A DNA stretch of 64,000 bases. Origin: an uncultured Chloroflexia bacterium (GTDB lineage Bacteria > Chloroflexota > Chloroflexia > Thermomicrobiales > UBA6265). The stretch is taken from positions 1,968,513 through 2,032,512 of the forward strand of contig CAVXMV010000005.1 of assembly GCA_963763125.1 (NCBI GenBank). The letters run 5' to 3'. The notes beneath the pieces were generated by a model. It made no database searches and was not told the origin of the DNA. It saw only the letters and a list, made by a program, of their open reading frames with translations. The position numbers and the translations under genes were made by a program. How positions within the stretch are numbered: position 1 is the stretch's first letter; every line of letters starts with the position of its first letter. Of the stretch, positions 1 to 9,190 are shown one piece after another.

Positions 1-132
1 CAGGTTCCGCGAAAGCTGGGCATTGCCCATCGCCATCTCGTAGCGCTCGGGAAATGGCCGGTCCTCGTGCCCATGGCGGTGGGCTTCCTCGTGCTCGGCG
101 TCGATTGGCTGGTCGATTGAAGAAGCGGCCAT
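1..132 (-). CDS. N-terminus of probable LutB/LldF lactate-utilization Fe-S protein (truncated by window edge)
   Basis: Manual translation MAASSIDQPIDAEHEEAHRHGHEDRPFPERYEMAMGNAQLSRNL; lies directly downstream of the LutC-like gene on the same strand. Confidence 0.5.
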   Translation of the reverse strand, partial: MAASSIDQPIDAEHEEAHRHGHEDRPFPERYEMAMGNAQLSRNL

Positions 133-178
133 GGAATCGGGAACCTTTCGTCGTGGCGGGCGGCCATTGATTCTTTTC

Positions 179-274
179 GTACTGGCCGGTCTTGTGCCGG
201 CCAAATGCACGGGCGGAGCACGCATCGCTGCGCTGCCGCTATCCTGCAAAACGCCCTCACCGACGCGCCCCTAC
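179..274. repeat. Cluster of REP-like GTAG/GTAC palindromes
   Basis: GTACTGGCCGGTCTTGTGCCGGCC at 179-202; near-identical copies in reverse orientation at 2731-2754 and 51353-51377. Confidence 0.7.
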
Positions 275-840
275 GTCAGATCGTCGATCAGGATGACGTG
301 GAAAACGCCCGGACCCTGCACGCCGACTGTCAGTTGTCTTTCGATATCGGCGGTGCGGCTGGGGCCGGTCACGAACGTCGCGTACGAGGCGCCATCGGCC
401 GAGATCGTCCGCAGTACCTTAGCCGCGTCATCAAGCGATGGCATCAGGGCGGCGGTCGGGCAAATCACGACCAGCGTCTCGGTCATCAAGGTCACCGAAC
501 GGTCATTGACCCGAGGCTCGGACAGGATAGAGGTGCCGGTTTCGGCGATCAACCCCTCCGCAATGGCGAGACCGAGCGGCTGATCGCGTACCTCGGCCGG
601 ACTCGCAGGGACCCTGGCCGTGAAGCCCAGACCTTCGACCCTGGCAACCAATCTGGGTGCCCGATGGGCGACATCGTCCGATGTCCAGATCGTGCGGTCT
701 AGGGTATCGCCCGCAATCAGGCGGATCGATTCCGCCGCCGAGTCGCTGTCGGTTACGACCTGAACATGTCCGCCTACCGCTGTCAGTCGCTCGGTGAACA
801 GGGCGATGAGATCATGAGTTGCGATTGTCGTGGTGGTCAT
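271..840 (-). CDS. lutC: LUD-domain lactate utilization protein C (LutC/YkgG family)
   Basis: IAETGT and FVTGPSRTADIERQLTVGVQGP motifs. Confidence 0.85.
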   Translation of the reverse strand: MTTTTIATHDLIALFTERLTAVGGHVQVVTDSDSAAESIRLIAGDTLDRTIWTSDDVAHRAPRLVARVEGLGFTARVPASPAEVRDQPLGLAIAEGLIAETGTSILSEPRVNDRSVTLMTETLVVICPTAALMPSLDDAAKVLRTISADGASYATFVTGPSRTADIERQLTVGVQGPGVFHVILIDDLT

Positions 841-895
841 GAATCCTCGAATTGCAATTTGGAAGCCAGTGACATTGGACCTACCCACCAAGGCC

Positions 896-1026
896 GTCAT
901 TCTGAGCGCTAGCGAAGAATCCCCCGGCGAAGCCGGTCCGCGTCAGCGGACGTGTGGCACCATCACCAGCGCCGACTTCGTCGTCGAGTGCTTCGCACAG
1001 GGATTCTTCCCTGCGGTCAGAATGAC
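896..1026. repeat. 131-bp palindromic MITE-like element (GTCATTCTGA...TCAGAATGAC)
   Basis: Perfect 10-bp terminal IR plus inner IR GAAGAATCCC/GGGATTCTTC; relatives near 3611, 8913, 13715, 32035, 51209. Confidence 0.7.
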
Positions 1027-1049
1027 GACCAATACATGAGCATTCACCC

Positions 1050-2639
1050 CTAAAGCGTCGCGCCGATGATCCACGGGTTGAACTCTTCCTCGCCGATGTC
1101 CGCCGCTTCGCTCTTGCTCTGCTGGCCGGAGGCGACCGCAAGGATCACGTCGAGGATTTCCTCGCCCATTTGCTCCAGGCTCAGGCCATCAAGCATCTTG
1201 CCGGCATTGATGTCCATGTCCGGTTCCTGCTTGGCATACAGGGCGCTATTGGTCGCGATCTTGATTGAAGGCGCGGGCTTGAAGCCAAACGCCGATCCGC
1301 GGCCCGTGGTGAAGACGACAATGTTGCAGCCGCCCGCGACCTGGCCGGTGCACGACACCGGGTCGAATCCGGGGGTGTCCATGTGGACGAAGCCCCGTGC
1401 GGTGATTCGTTCTGCATAGTCGACCACATCTGTCATCGGCGTCGTGCCGGCCTTGGCGATCGCCCCAAGGGATTTCTCGTAAATCGTGGTCAGGCCACCG
1501 AGCTTGTTCCCCGGCGATGGGTTGTTGTCGATCGAGGCGCCGAACATCGCGGTGTAGTCCTCCCACCAGTGGATCTTGTCCACCAGCTTCTGGCCGACCT
1601 CCGGTGTGACTGCCCGCCGCGTGAGGATGTGTTCGCCGCCGTAGACCTCGCTCGTTTCGCCAAGCACGATCGTGCCGCCCTGCTTGACGATCAGGTCACC
1701 CGCGTAGCCGAGGGCCGGATTCGCGGTCACCCCGGACCATCCATCCGAGCCGCCGCACTGGAGCGCGACCACCAGCTCGGAGGCGGGAACCGCTTCCCGC
1801 TTCGCCTCATTCGCTTTTGGCAAAAGCGCCTTCACGGCTTCGATCCCAGCCTCGACCGTTTTCAGGAAGCCACCATCTTCCTGGATCGTCAGCACCTGGG
1901 GTCGATGGCCATCGTCGAGATGGCCCACATCGATGATGTCATCTGGCTGGTTCGTCTCGCAGCCGAGGCTCATGATCACGTAGCCGCCAACGTTCGGGTG
2001 ATCGACCATCCCGGCCATCGTCCGCTGGAGCATCCCGAGGTAATCGGAGCCGTAGTGGGCTCCGCAACCGCCCTTGGTGGGGAAGGCCACGACGCCGTCG
2101 ACATTGGGATACTGCTCAAGGATCGGGTTGTCCCTGAAATGCGCGGCCACCCGGCTCACGGCCGTTGACGAACAGTTCACCGATGCCAGTAGTGCGACAT
2201 AATTCCTCGTTCCGACGCGACCGTCGGCCCGGCGATAGCCCATGAACGTTTTGCGCTCGGCTTCCGGAACCAATTCGACCGGCTGGACATCCTCGCTGAA
2301 GGCGTAGTCCAGGTCCAGTTCGCCTTGATGCACTTCGATGTTGTGCGTGTGGATATGCTGACCGGCAGCGATATCCTGCGATGCGAACCCGATGATCTGC
2401 CCGTAGCGACGCACCGGCTGGCCCTTGGGGACATTGCGGATTGCTACCTTGTGCCCGGGCGGAATCATCTGCGCAATCGTGATGTCGCCTGCTGCCGATT
2501 GGAGGATCGTCCGTGGCAAGAGCGGTTGTTTGGCGATCACCATGTCATCAATGGGATTGAGTTGCACCGTGACATCGGCGATCGGCACTGAACCGCGAAG
2601 CGCCCGGCCGAGTAGTGGAGTGGAGGGGGTAGTGGCCAT
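1050..2639 (-). CDS. UxaA/GarD family sugar-acid dehydratase (SAF domain + catalytic domain)
   Basis: IPPGHKVA..RYGQIIG..HTHN SAF motif; GTRNY, LQCGGSD, NPSPGNKLGGLTTIYEKSLG, FTTGRG. Confidence 0.92.
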   Translation of the reverse strand: MATTPSTPLLGRALRGSVPIADVTVQLNPIDDMVIAKQPLLPRTILQSAAGDITIAQMIPPGHKVAIRNVPKGQPVRRYGQIIGFASQDIAAGQHIHTHNIEVHQGELDLDYAFSEDVQPVELVPEAERKTFMGYRRADGRVGTRNYVALLASVNCSSTAVSRVAAHFRDNPILEQYPNVDGVVAFPTKGGCGAHYGSDYLGMLQRTMAGMVDHPNVGGYVIMSLGCETNQPDDIIDVGHLDDGHRPQVLTIQEDGGFLKTVEAGIEAVKALLPKANEAKREAVPASELVVALQCGGSDGWSGVTANPALGYAGDLIVKQGGTIVLGETSEVYGGEHILTRRAVTPEVGQKLVDKIHWWEDYTAMFGASIDNNPSPGNKLGGLTTIYEKSLGAIAKAGTTPMTDVVDYAERITARGFVHMDTPGFDPVSCTGQVAGGCNIVVFTTGRGSAFGFKPAPSIKIATNSALYAKQEPDMDINAGKMLDGLSLEQMGEEILDVILAVASGQQSKSEAADIGEEEFNPWIIGATL

Positions 2640-2768
2640 CGATGAATCCTTGCTTGTCGTCGTGCCGCCGATGCTGACAATGTATGCCGCAGGAGAGGAC
2701 CTTGAGTCCTCCTGTTCCCAATGCAACGTTGGCCGGCACAAAACCGGCCACTACGAGATGAGCGCGCG

Positions 2769-3545
2769 TTACCGAGCGGTCAAGCCGCCGTCGATCGTGT
2801 ACTGCGAGCCGGTTACGAAACCCGCCTCATCGGAGGCCAGATACAACGCCAGCGGCGCGATCTCGTCAGGGCGGCCCATCCGCCCAATCGGTTGCCGGGC
2901 GTGGAGCTGGGCCCGCGTTTCCTCGATTTCTCCCGCATGATACTTCTGCAAATAGCCTTCCACGAATGGACTCTCGACCGTTCCCGGGCAAATGCAGTTG
3001 CAGCGAATCCCCTGGTCCACGAAATCCATCGCCGTCGATTGGGTCATGGAAATCACGGCTGCCTTGGTCGTGCAATAGGCAAAGCGGCGCGACACCGCAA
3101 CCTGACCGGCGATCGAGGCGATGTTGACGATTGTGCCGCCCTTCGGATCCTGGGCCAGCATCTGGTTCACGGCGGCCAGCGAGCAGTTGTAAACACCGTA
3201 GATGTTGACCGCAACCAGCCGCGCGAAATCGTCCGGTCCGGTTTCGACCAGGTTCCCGACCATGCCAATACCGGCATTGTTGACCAGGATGTCGAGTTGG
3301 CCAGTCGTGGACACGATCTCGGCCACCGCCGCGTTGGCGGCATCGAGGTCCGTTACATCGAGTGCGAGCGGGAAGGCGTTGCCCCCGGCGGCGGTGATCT
3401 CATCGGTGACCCCGGCGCGGCCAGGCTCATTGATGTCAGCGACCGCGATGGTGGCGCCCTGTTTCGCGAAGAGGAGCGCAATCTCGCGCCCAATCCCGGA
3501 CCCAGCTCCCGTTATCAACGCCGTCTTTCCGTCCAGATTGAACAC
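2769..3545 (-). CDS. Short-chain dehydrogenase (BDH2 / 2-keto-3-deoxy-L-fuconate dehydrogenase-like)
   Basis: TGAGSGIG, NNAG, YCTTK, NCICPGTVESP; GAAGGAG RBS before GTG start. Confidence 0.88.
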   Translation of the reverse strand: MFNLDGKTALITGAGSGIGREIALLFAKQGATIAVADINEPGRAGVTDEITAAGGNAFPLALDVTDLDAANAAVAEIVSTTGQLDILVNNAGIGMVGNLVETGPDDFARLVAVNIYGVYNCSLAAVNQMLAQDPKGGTIVNIASIAGQVAVSRRFAYCTTKAAVISMTQSTAMDFVDQGIRCNCICPGTVESPFVEGYLQKYHAGEIEETRAQLHARQPIGRMGRPDEIAPLALYLASDEAGFVTGSQYTIDGGLTAR

Positions 3546-3702
3546 CAGGTCTCCTTCAACCACAACGTGCAGGGGAGGCTCGATGATTCCCCTGTCGCGC
3601 GCGCGTGAACTGTCATGCCGGGGAATGAGACGGCGCCGCAGTATCTTCCTGCTGGATCTTCGCCAGTGGCGAACATCGGTTGCCTCGTTCCATGCCCACA
3701 AA

Positions 3703-3712
3703 TTGTATACAA
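3703..3712. promoter_or_regulatory. Putative GntR-family operator TTGTATACAA
   Basis: Perfect palindrome upstream of the SDR-uxaA operon; same core CTGTATACAA at 11956-11965 upstream of the GntR gene. Confidence 0.55.
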
Positions 3713-3925
3713 CTCAACGGAATTCGTGAATAGCACTCGTGATTCCTGAATGAACAAATCCCCATCGACCCATGACGACGCCTGGTTGTGGCCGCTCTGG
3801 TGGCGGCCAATCACCGTGATTGGCGTCATGGACGATGGGGAAGGTGCAGGGCGCGTCTCAACCGGGGCGGGACCGGTAATCCCGCGAATGTCCCACACGA
3901 CGAGCCCTGGAGGGGAATCGACGAG

Positions 3926-4273
3926 CTAGACGCTCACGGATCGCATGACCGGGTCCGACTTCCTGGAGAGGTGAGCGGTGATTCGACCTGTGCGCTCAAG
4001 CCCGATCCGCACGACGTGTGCGGTGCTGCCGGTGCCTGCCGTTACGGTCGCGATTGGGATTTCGGTCATCTGTGAGGTGAGTGCCTGCTTCGCCAGGACA
4101 CGCGCCCTCGACTCGGACACCCGAATCTCTTCGCCCGAATTTCGTTGCCGCAAGTACACCTTGGCGATTTCCACGACAGGGACTGCGCGTTCGCGGACAT
4201 ACGCCGCAAGCTCAACTGCACGCTCGTCGCCGATCTTTTGGCCATCTGGCAGAGGCCACCATTCAATTGCCAT
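3926..4273 (-). CDS. Hypothetical protein, 115 aa, putatively LexA-regulated
   Basis: ORF with GGAGG RBS, downstream of a promoter containing a LexA-type box. Confidence 0.7.
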   Translation of the reverse strand: MAIEWWPLPDGQKIGDERAVELAAYVRERAVPVVEIAKVYLRQRNSGEEIRVSESRARVLAKQALTSQMTEIPIATVTAGTGSTAHVVRIGLERTGRITAHLSRKSDPVMRSVSV

Positions 4274-4386
4274 TGCCTGACCTCCAACGTTTCATAATTA
4301 TTGCGTTCGAGACGTATCGACAACTAGTCAACGCGATAGAAACTCTTGCGCCCCAATCCGACGATTCCGTCCCGCCATACACACAA

Positions 4387-4415
4387 AGTATAGAACATGC
4401 GTTCTAAACTGGCAA
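4387..4415 (-). promoter_or_regulatory. Sigma70 promoter TTGCCA-17-TATACT with LexA (Cheo-type) box GAACGCATGTTC in the spacer
   Basis: Read directly on the minus strand; box at 4393-4404. Confidence 0.8.
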
Positions 4416-4561
4416 CTGGCTGGTCATAACGCATGGCTTTGTGTTGCGATTTGTAGGCGAGGATTTCCGTCCCGATGCCGATGGCGTCGGTGGGCATCCT
4501 CATCCAATGGAGCGCTCAAAAGAAGACGTTCAGGATCCCGCTGATAGATGGGATACACCCC

Positions 4562-4590
4562 TTGCCAAAAGCGAACGCATGTTCTATTCT
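4562..4590 (+). promoter_or_regulatory. Sigma70 promoter TTGCCA-17-TATTCT with LexA (Cheo-type) box GAACGCATGTTC in the spacer
   Basis: Read directly; box at 4573-4584. Confidence 0.8.
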
Positions 4591-4640
4591 GGTCACCTAC
4601 AGAAGATGTACGTACATGCGTCGGGACAGGGGACCTTGCA

Positions 4641-4901
4641 ATGAACAACGAACCATTTGCGTTCACCTATCAGGATAGTAGCGGAGCTGAGGGTGCGATC
4701 GTTCTGGAGTCGATGCGCAAGCTATGGGTGGACCATGATCGGTCCGGCATCATCTTTGCCGAACCCACGGGAGATGGCTCCGAATTCCTGCATGAGGTGG
4801 TGATCGAGGGGCCAGAAGGGTGCAGATGGCATGGCCGAGATTATGGAGACGCTGCTTGGGATCCGGTCATTCGAACGTCTCGAGCAACCGTTGCACGATG
4901 A
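4641..4901 (+). CDS. Hypothetical protein (86 aa; frame may continue to ~5048 if disrupted), putatively LexA-regulated
   Basis: MNNEPFAFTY... after CAGGGGA RBS-like site; the same frame reads SSVRLVLEFRY...WVELWTHC past stops at ~4899 and ~4971. Confidence 0.55.
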   Translation: MNNEPFAFTYQDSSGAEGAIVLESMRKLWVDHDRSGIIFAEPTGDGSEFLHEVVIEGPEGCRWHGRDYGDAAWDPVIRTSRATVAR

Positions 4902-5153
4902 TCATCGGTCCGACTCGTGCTGGAATTCCGGTACCCGAATCCACACACGGTGGCCCTGGCGTTCCGAGCGTAGCGGATTGCCACAATGTTGACCGAAGAG
5001 AACTGGGTAGAGCTGTGGACCCATTGCACCCCGAAGCTGTGCCGTTGATAAGCTCCAATCCCGGGGCGGAGAAATTCGCCCCGCTGAATCTACGGGAATC
5101 CACAGGGGATCCCCGTAAAAAATCGAAGCGCGCGGGTCTTCTAGTACCATCTG

Positions 5154-6387
5154 CTACACGGCCCTCATCGCCAGGCTGGCGTTGATCCCGCCGAATCCGA
5201 ACGCATTGTTGAGCAGGTGAGCAATCCGGCATTCGCGGCCACCAGGACCGATCACGTCGAGGTCGCAGTCCGAATCCTTGTCAACCAGGTTGGCGGTGCC
5301 CGGCAGGTAACCTCGTTCCAGGGCGAGCGCGCAGATCGCGGTTTCCATCGCCCCGGTCGCGCCGAGCGCGTGACCGTGCATCCCTTTCGTGCCGCTGATC
5401 GGGATGCGTCCTGCATGCTCGCCCAATGCGAGCCGGATCGCGCGGCACTCGGTTGAATCGTTGAGCACGGTCGACGAACCGTGCGCATTCACGTAGTCAA
5501 TCGCCTCTGGCGGCAATCCGGCGCTGCAGAGCGCCGCGCTCATTGCGCCCGCGGCATGGATGCCCTCCGGATGCGGCGCCGTCATGTGGTGAGCGTCCAT
5601 CGTGGTGCCATAGCCAATCGAGCTCGGCGTAGATATGCGCTCCTCGCGCCAGGGCGTGGGCGAACGATTCGAGCACCAGCACACAGCCGCCTTCGGCAAT
5701 CACGAATCCATCGCGACCCTTATCGAACGGCCGGCTGGCAGTTCCGGGGTCCTCGTTGCGCGTGCTTAGCACACGAATCATCGCGAATGCGCCAAATGTG
5801 AGCGGCGCGAGTGGCGCTTCGGCACCTCCGGCAAGCATCACGGCCACGCGTCCATCCTCGATCAACCGGGCCGCTTCACCGATCGCGATCATCCCTGCCG
5901 CGCAGGAATTGCCGTTGCTGAGCGAAGGGCCGTGCAGCCCGAGCTCGATCGCGATATTCGAGGAGGCTGCCCCACCAAAAACCGAGAGCGCAAGCAGCGG
6001 ATTGACCTTCCCCGGTCCACTGCGGACGTAGGACTCGTGTTGCTCTTCTCCGAAGGCGACGCCACCCAGAGCCGACCCGACGTAGACGCCAGCACCCGAG
6101 CTGGCCGCATCGGCCGGGGTCAGGTCGGCATCTTCCAGCGCCATCCTGGCGCAGACGAGTGCGAACTGTGAGAACCGGTCGAGTCGCCTTGCTCGTTTGG
6201 CGGGTAAATGGTCCAGCGGATCGAAGTCGACCTCAGCAGCCACCTGGCTCGAGAAATGGGACGGGTCGAAGCGCGTGATCGTGCGAACCGCCGACGTGCC
6301 GGCGCGAACACCTTCCCAGAGCACTTCGACACCAGTCCCGATTGGCGTGATCGCGCCGATCCCGGTGATTGCTACGCGTTGCTTCAA
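5154..6387 (-). CDS. Beta-ketoacyl-ACP synthase II (FabF/KS-alpha-like); one frameshift near 5620
   Basis: Joined ORFs 5497..6387 and 5154..5699; NSCAAG Cys, SRPFDKGRDGFV, NAHGSST His, KGMHGHALGA His, NAFGFGG. Confidence 0.88.
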
Positions 6388-6866
6388 GCTCGTGGCCTTC
6401 CGTCTGGATCGAATCGTGGGTCGCGGTTTTCGACGATGGCCTTGATCGTGGCGAGCGTTTTACCGGCAATCGCGGCCACGAAATGGGGACCGATGATGTG
6501 ATCCGCGATAACGCCGCCGACTAGCGGCCACGGTGGCGCAAAGTCGTGGTCAATCCGGACCTTGACCCCAGTCGAATCGGGTTCGAAGGTCCAGGCGACG
6601 ATCATTCCCTTCGTTACCCCGCCGATATGGCGAAACCGGATCACGGGTATAGGCCCATTTCGCTCGATATCCTGCACTGCCCGCCACTTGACTGGAATCC
6701 GCCCACGCCGGGCCGCCATCTCGACCGTTTTGTGGTCACCGCCGCCTTCAAGCAGCGTGACCCAGCGGTAGTGGGGAAGGATCACCGGCCAGCGCTCGAT
6801 GTCCGCGGCGAGCGCCACGATCCTGTCCAGGGATCCTGCCATCTCGACTGTGTTGGCCGTCTGCAT
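6384..6866 (-). CDS. SRPBCC family polyketide cyclase/aromatase-like protein
   Basis: ADIERWPVILPHYRWV, W..F.HIGGVTKGM.V.W motifs; stop overlaps the KS start (ATGA). Confidence 0.8.
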   Translation of the reverse strand: MQTANTVEMAGSLDRIVALAADIERWPVILPHYRWVTLLEGGGDHKTVEMAARRGRIPVKWRAVQDIERNGPIPVIRFRHIGGVTKGMIVAWTFEPDSTGVKVRIDHDFAPPWPLVGGVIADHIIGPHFVAAIAGKTLATIKAIVENRDPRFDPDGRPRA

Positions 6867-6884
6867 GCGTTGACCAGTCCTTCA

Positions 6885-8087
6885 CTATGGGCGCAACAGT
6901 CGCGCCAGGAAAATGGGAGAGAGGGCATCAGTGGCGGGCCGGAAGTTGCCAAGCACACCACTCAACGTCAGCCCAAGCTCCTCGCGCTGGGCCAGACGGT
7001 CGGTGACGTAGTTCATCAGCGGTGGCATATTGATGAAGCCCTGGACGATCCAGCAGACTTCGCGCTTGGCGGTGAACGTGCGTCGCCGGGCGATACGGTA
7101 ACCGTCGAGAGCGGCGGCTGAGGTGTCTCCTGAGGTGAGTGCGGCATGTGCTACCGGTGCCGCGATCGCCGCCCCGCGCAACGCCTCGTATATGCCCTCA
7201 CCGGTAAAGGGATCGAGGAACGACGCTGCATCGCCGACCAGGAGGAAGCCGTCCCCTATGGTTCGGCGAGCGCGACGCGCCATCGAGCCGACTCCGCGAA
7301 TGCCACCGACCTGCTCGGCGCCATCCAGCTTGCGCGCGACGGCCGGAATCGACCGCAGTGAAGCGGAAAAGAACTCGTCGATCGATCCGGTTCGGGCTTC
7401 TACTGCGCGCACGTTGGCGACCACCGCAACATTGGTCAGCCCGTCTTCCAGCGGCGCCAATCCAACGTACGCTTGACGACCAACATGCATTTCCCCAAAC
7501 ATGCCGAGGTCGCGGACACCCCGGTAGTGCGCGACGAATCCTGTCTTCCGTGGCCAGCGCAGGGGAACATCCAGCTCCAATCCGCGCCCGATCACCGAAT
7601 TGTGGCCATCGGCGCCGATCACCAGCGGCGACCGGAGCAGTTCGCGGGACCCGTTGATCGTGGCCTCGACACCGACGACGCGGCCTCGTTGCTGGACGAC
7701 TTCCCGAACGTGGGCGCGTTCGCAAACTTCGACTCCGGCTGCCTTCGCGCGTTCGAGAAGGAGATGATCCAGGCGGTAGCGAGACAGGCCCAATGCCGCG
7801 CGGCCGGGATCCGCCTTCGCGAAATTGGCCGTGAACATGTGCCCGTTCGGAGCATGAACGATCATTGCATCCATCCGGTGGGCCCCGGCCAGAATCACCT
7901 CGTCGAGGACTCCCATTTTGCCGAGCAACTCGGCTGCCGCCGGGTTGATGTACTCGGAGCACGCCTTGTGGCGCGGGAAACTCGCCTTGTCCAGGAGCAG
8001 CACGCGGTGACCCGCTTCCGCGAGTGAGGTTGCCAGCGCACTCCCTGCCGGTCCCCCACCAACGACGATCGCTTCGGCATCAGGCAT
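6885..8087 (-). CDS. FAD-dependent oxidoreductase (geranylgeranyl reductase / halogenase-like family)
   Basis: VVGGGPAG, FPRHKACSE, IGADG, LVGDAASFLDPFTGEGI. Confidence 0.88.
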   Translation of the reverse strand: MPDAEAIVVGGGPAGSALATSLAEAGHRVLLLDKASFPRHKACSEYINPAAAELLGKMGVLDEVILAGAHRMDAMIVHAPNGHMFTANFAKADPGRAALGLSRYRLDHLLLERAKAAGVEVCERAHVREVVQQRGRVVGVEATINGSRELLRSPLVIGADGHNSVIGRGLELDVPLRWPRKTGFVAHYRGVRDLGMFGEMHVGRQAYVGLAPLEDGLTNVAVVANVRAVEARTGSIDEFFSASLRSIPAVARKLDGAEQVGGIRGVGSMARRARRTIGDGFLLVGDAASFLDPFTGEGIYEALRGAAIAAPVAHAALTSGDTSAAALDGYRIARRRTFTAKREVCWIVQGFINMPPLMNYVTDRLAQREELGLTLSGVLGNFRPATDALSPIFLARLLRP

Positions 8088-8844
8088 GGTTGGACCTGCC
8101 ATTCCTGACGGCGGCCATTCGGAACCACATATGCGTCGTGATCGTCGCGTTGTCGATCCCGGCGTGACGAAGCAACCCGTCAAGCTCCGCCGGGGTGTAG
8201 GCACGGCGGACGGAGAGTGGGGCATCGTTGCGGGTGAGCCGGTTGCGGGTCGTCAGCCGCGAGGCGATCCACGCCGCACCGAACCCGAGGCGGCTGCGAT
8301 GGAGATCGTTGAGGATGAACCCCCTGCGTGCGAGCCGGTCCATCTGATGGAGAACCTGAACGGCATCCACTGGTGAAAAATGATGGAGAGACAGTGAACA
8401 GAGCACAACATCGAAGCTCGTGTCCGGAAGCGGAACGGATCGCGCGTCGTAGCGCTCGATCGTAATATCCGGGATACCTGCCGTGTATTCCCGGGCCAGT
8501 TCCAGGATAGAAGGCGAGACATCGCTGGCGACGATGCACACAGGCTGGTTACGCCGTTTGGCCCATCGCGAAATGGCCAGTGGGATATCGCCGCAACCCG
8601 TGGCGAGATCGAGGATCGTGACCGGCTCGCTGGAACCGGATGCCGGGATCAGGGACGGTAGGTGCTTCAGGATCACCGACGTGCCGCCGAGAAGCTGGTT
8701 CACGCGGTGGATGTCGCGAAAGTTTTCGGCGAGTTCCGCAGCGTCATGGATCTCGCCATCCATCAGCTCCGCCTGGTCGCTCCGTGGCAGAGGGGAAAAG
8801 AGGTGTCTTCCTGAACCGCGAGAGGTTTGGACTGGATGCGACAC
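8080..8844 (-). CDS. SAM-dependent methyltransferase (family found next to aromatic-polyketide synthases)
   Basis: RSDQAELMD..VNQLLGG, LDLATGCGD, CSLSLHHF, DAPLSVRRAYT; start approximate. Confidence 0.85.
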   Translation of the reverse strand: MSHPVQTSRGSGRHLFSPLPRSDQAELMDGEIHDAAELAENFRDIHRVNQLLGGTSVILKHLPSLIPASGSSEPVTILDLATGCGDIPLAISRWAKRRNQPVCIVASDVSPSILELAREYTAGIPDITIERYDARSVPLPDTSFDVVLCSLSLHHFSPVDAVQVLHQMDRLARRGFILNDLHRSRLGFGAAWIASRLTTRNRLTRNDAPLSVRRAYTPAELDGLLRHAGIDNATITTHMWFRMAAVRNGRSNHA

Positions 8845-8912
8845 GCGCTGCTTGCTCCTGGCTGAGAGGGCAAGTATACGGTGCTGGCCCAAACGCAGCG
8901 CCGAACCCGTAA

Positions 8913-9130
8913 TTGTCATTCCGTCAGGAAGCACAGGCGACTAGAGGCAGCGTAGCGATATCTCTTCGCCGCAGCGAGCCGTGTTGCCCTCAAATCCGCC
9001 CCAGCTCTTCAACAACCCAGGTAGTGGCCGCCCTGCCCCGCTGGATGTGACGGCCAGTCATTGCGGGCGAAGCAGGACCATGCCAGCCTTTCACGCGGGC
9101 GGACACAAGGTCACCCCGCTGGACGCAGCC
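8913..9130. repeat. Intergenic cluster of REP-like and GTCATTCCG-type repeats
   Basis: TGTCATTCCG..., GTAGTGGCCGCCCTGCCCCGCTGGAT, GGGCGGACACAAGG. Confidence 0.6.
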
Positions 9131-9190
9131 CGACGCCATTCCCTTGAAGACGGTCCCTGATAACCTCTATCGACCCATCCGAAACGAACA

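Noticed and set aside
4899-4973. Selenocysteine/pyrrolysine read-through of in-frame TGA and TAG
   Set aside because: No recognisable SECIS or redox motif; indel errors or decay are simpler explanations in this error-rich assembly
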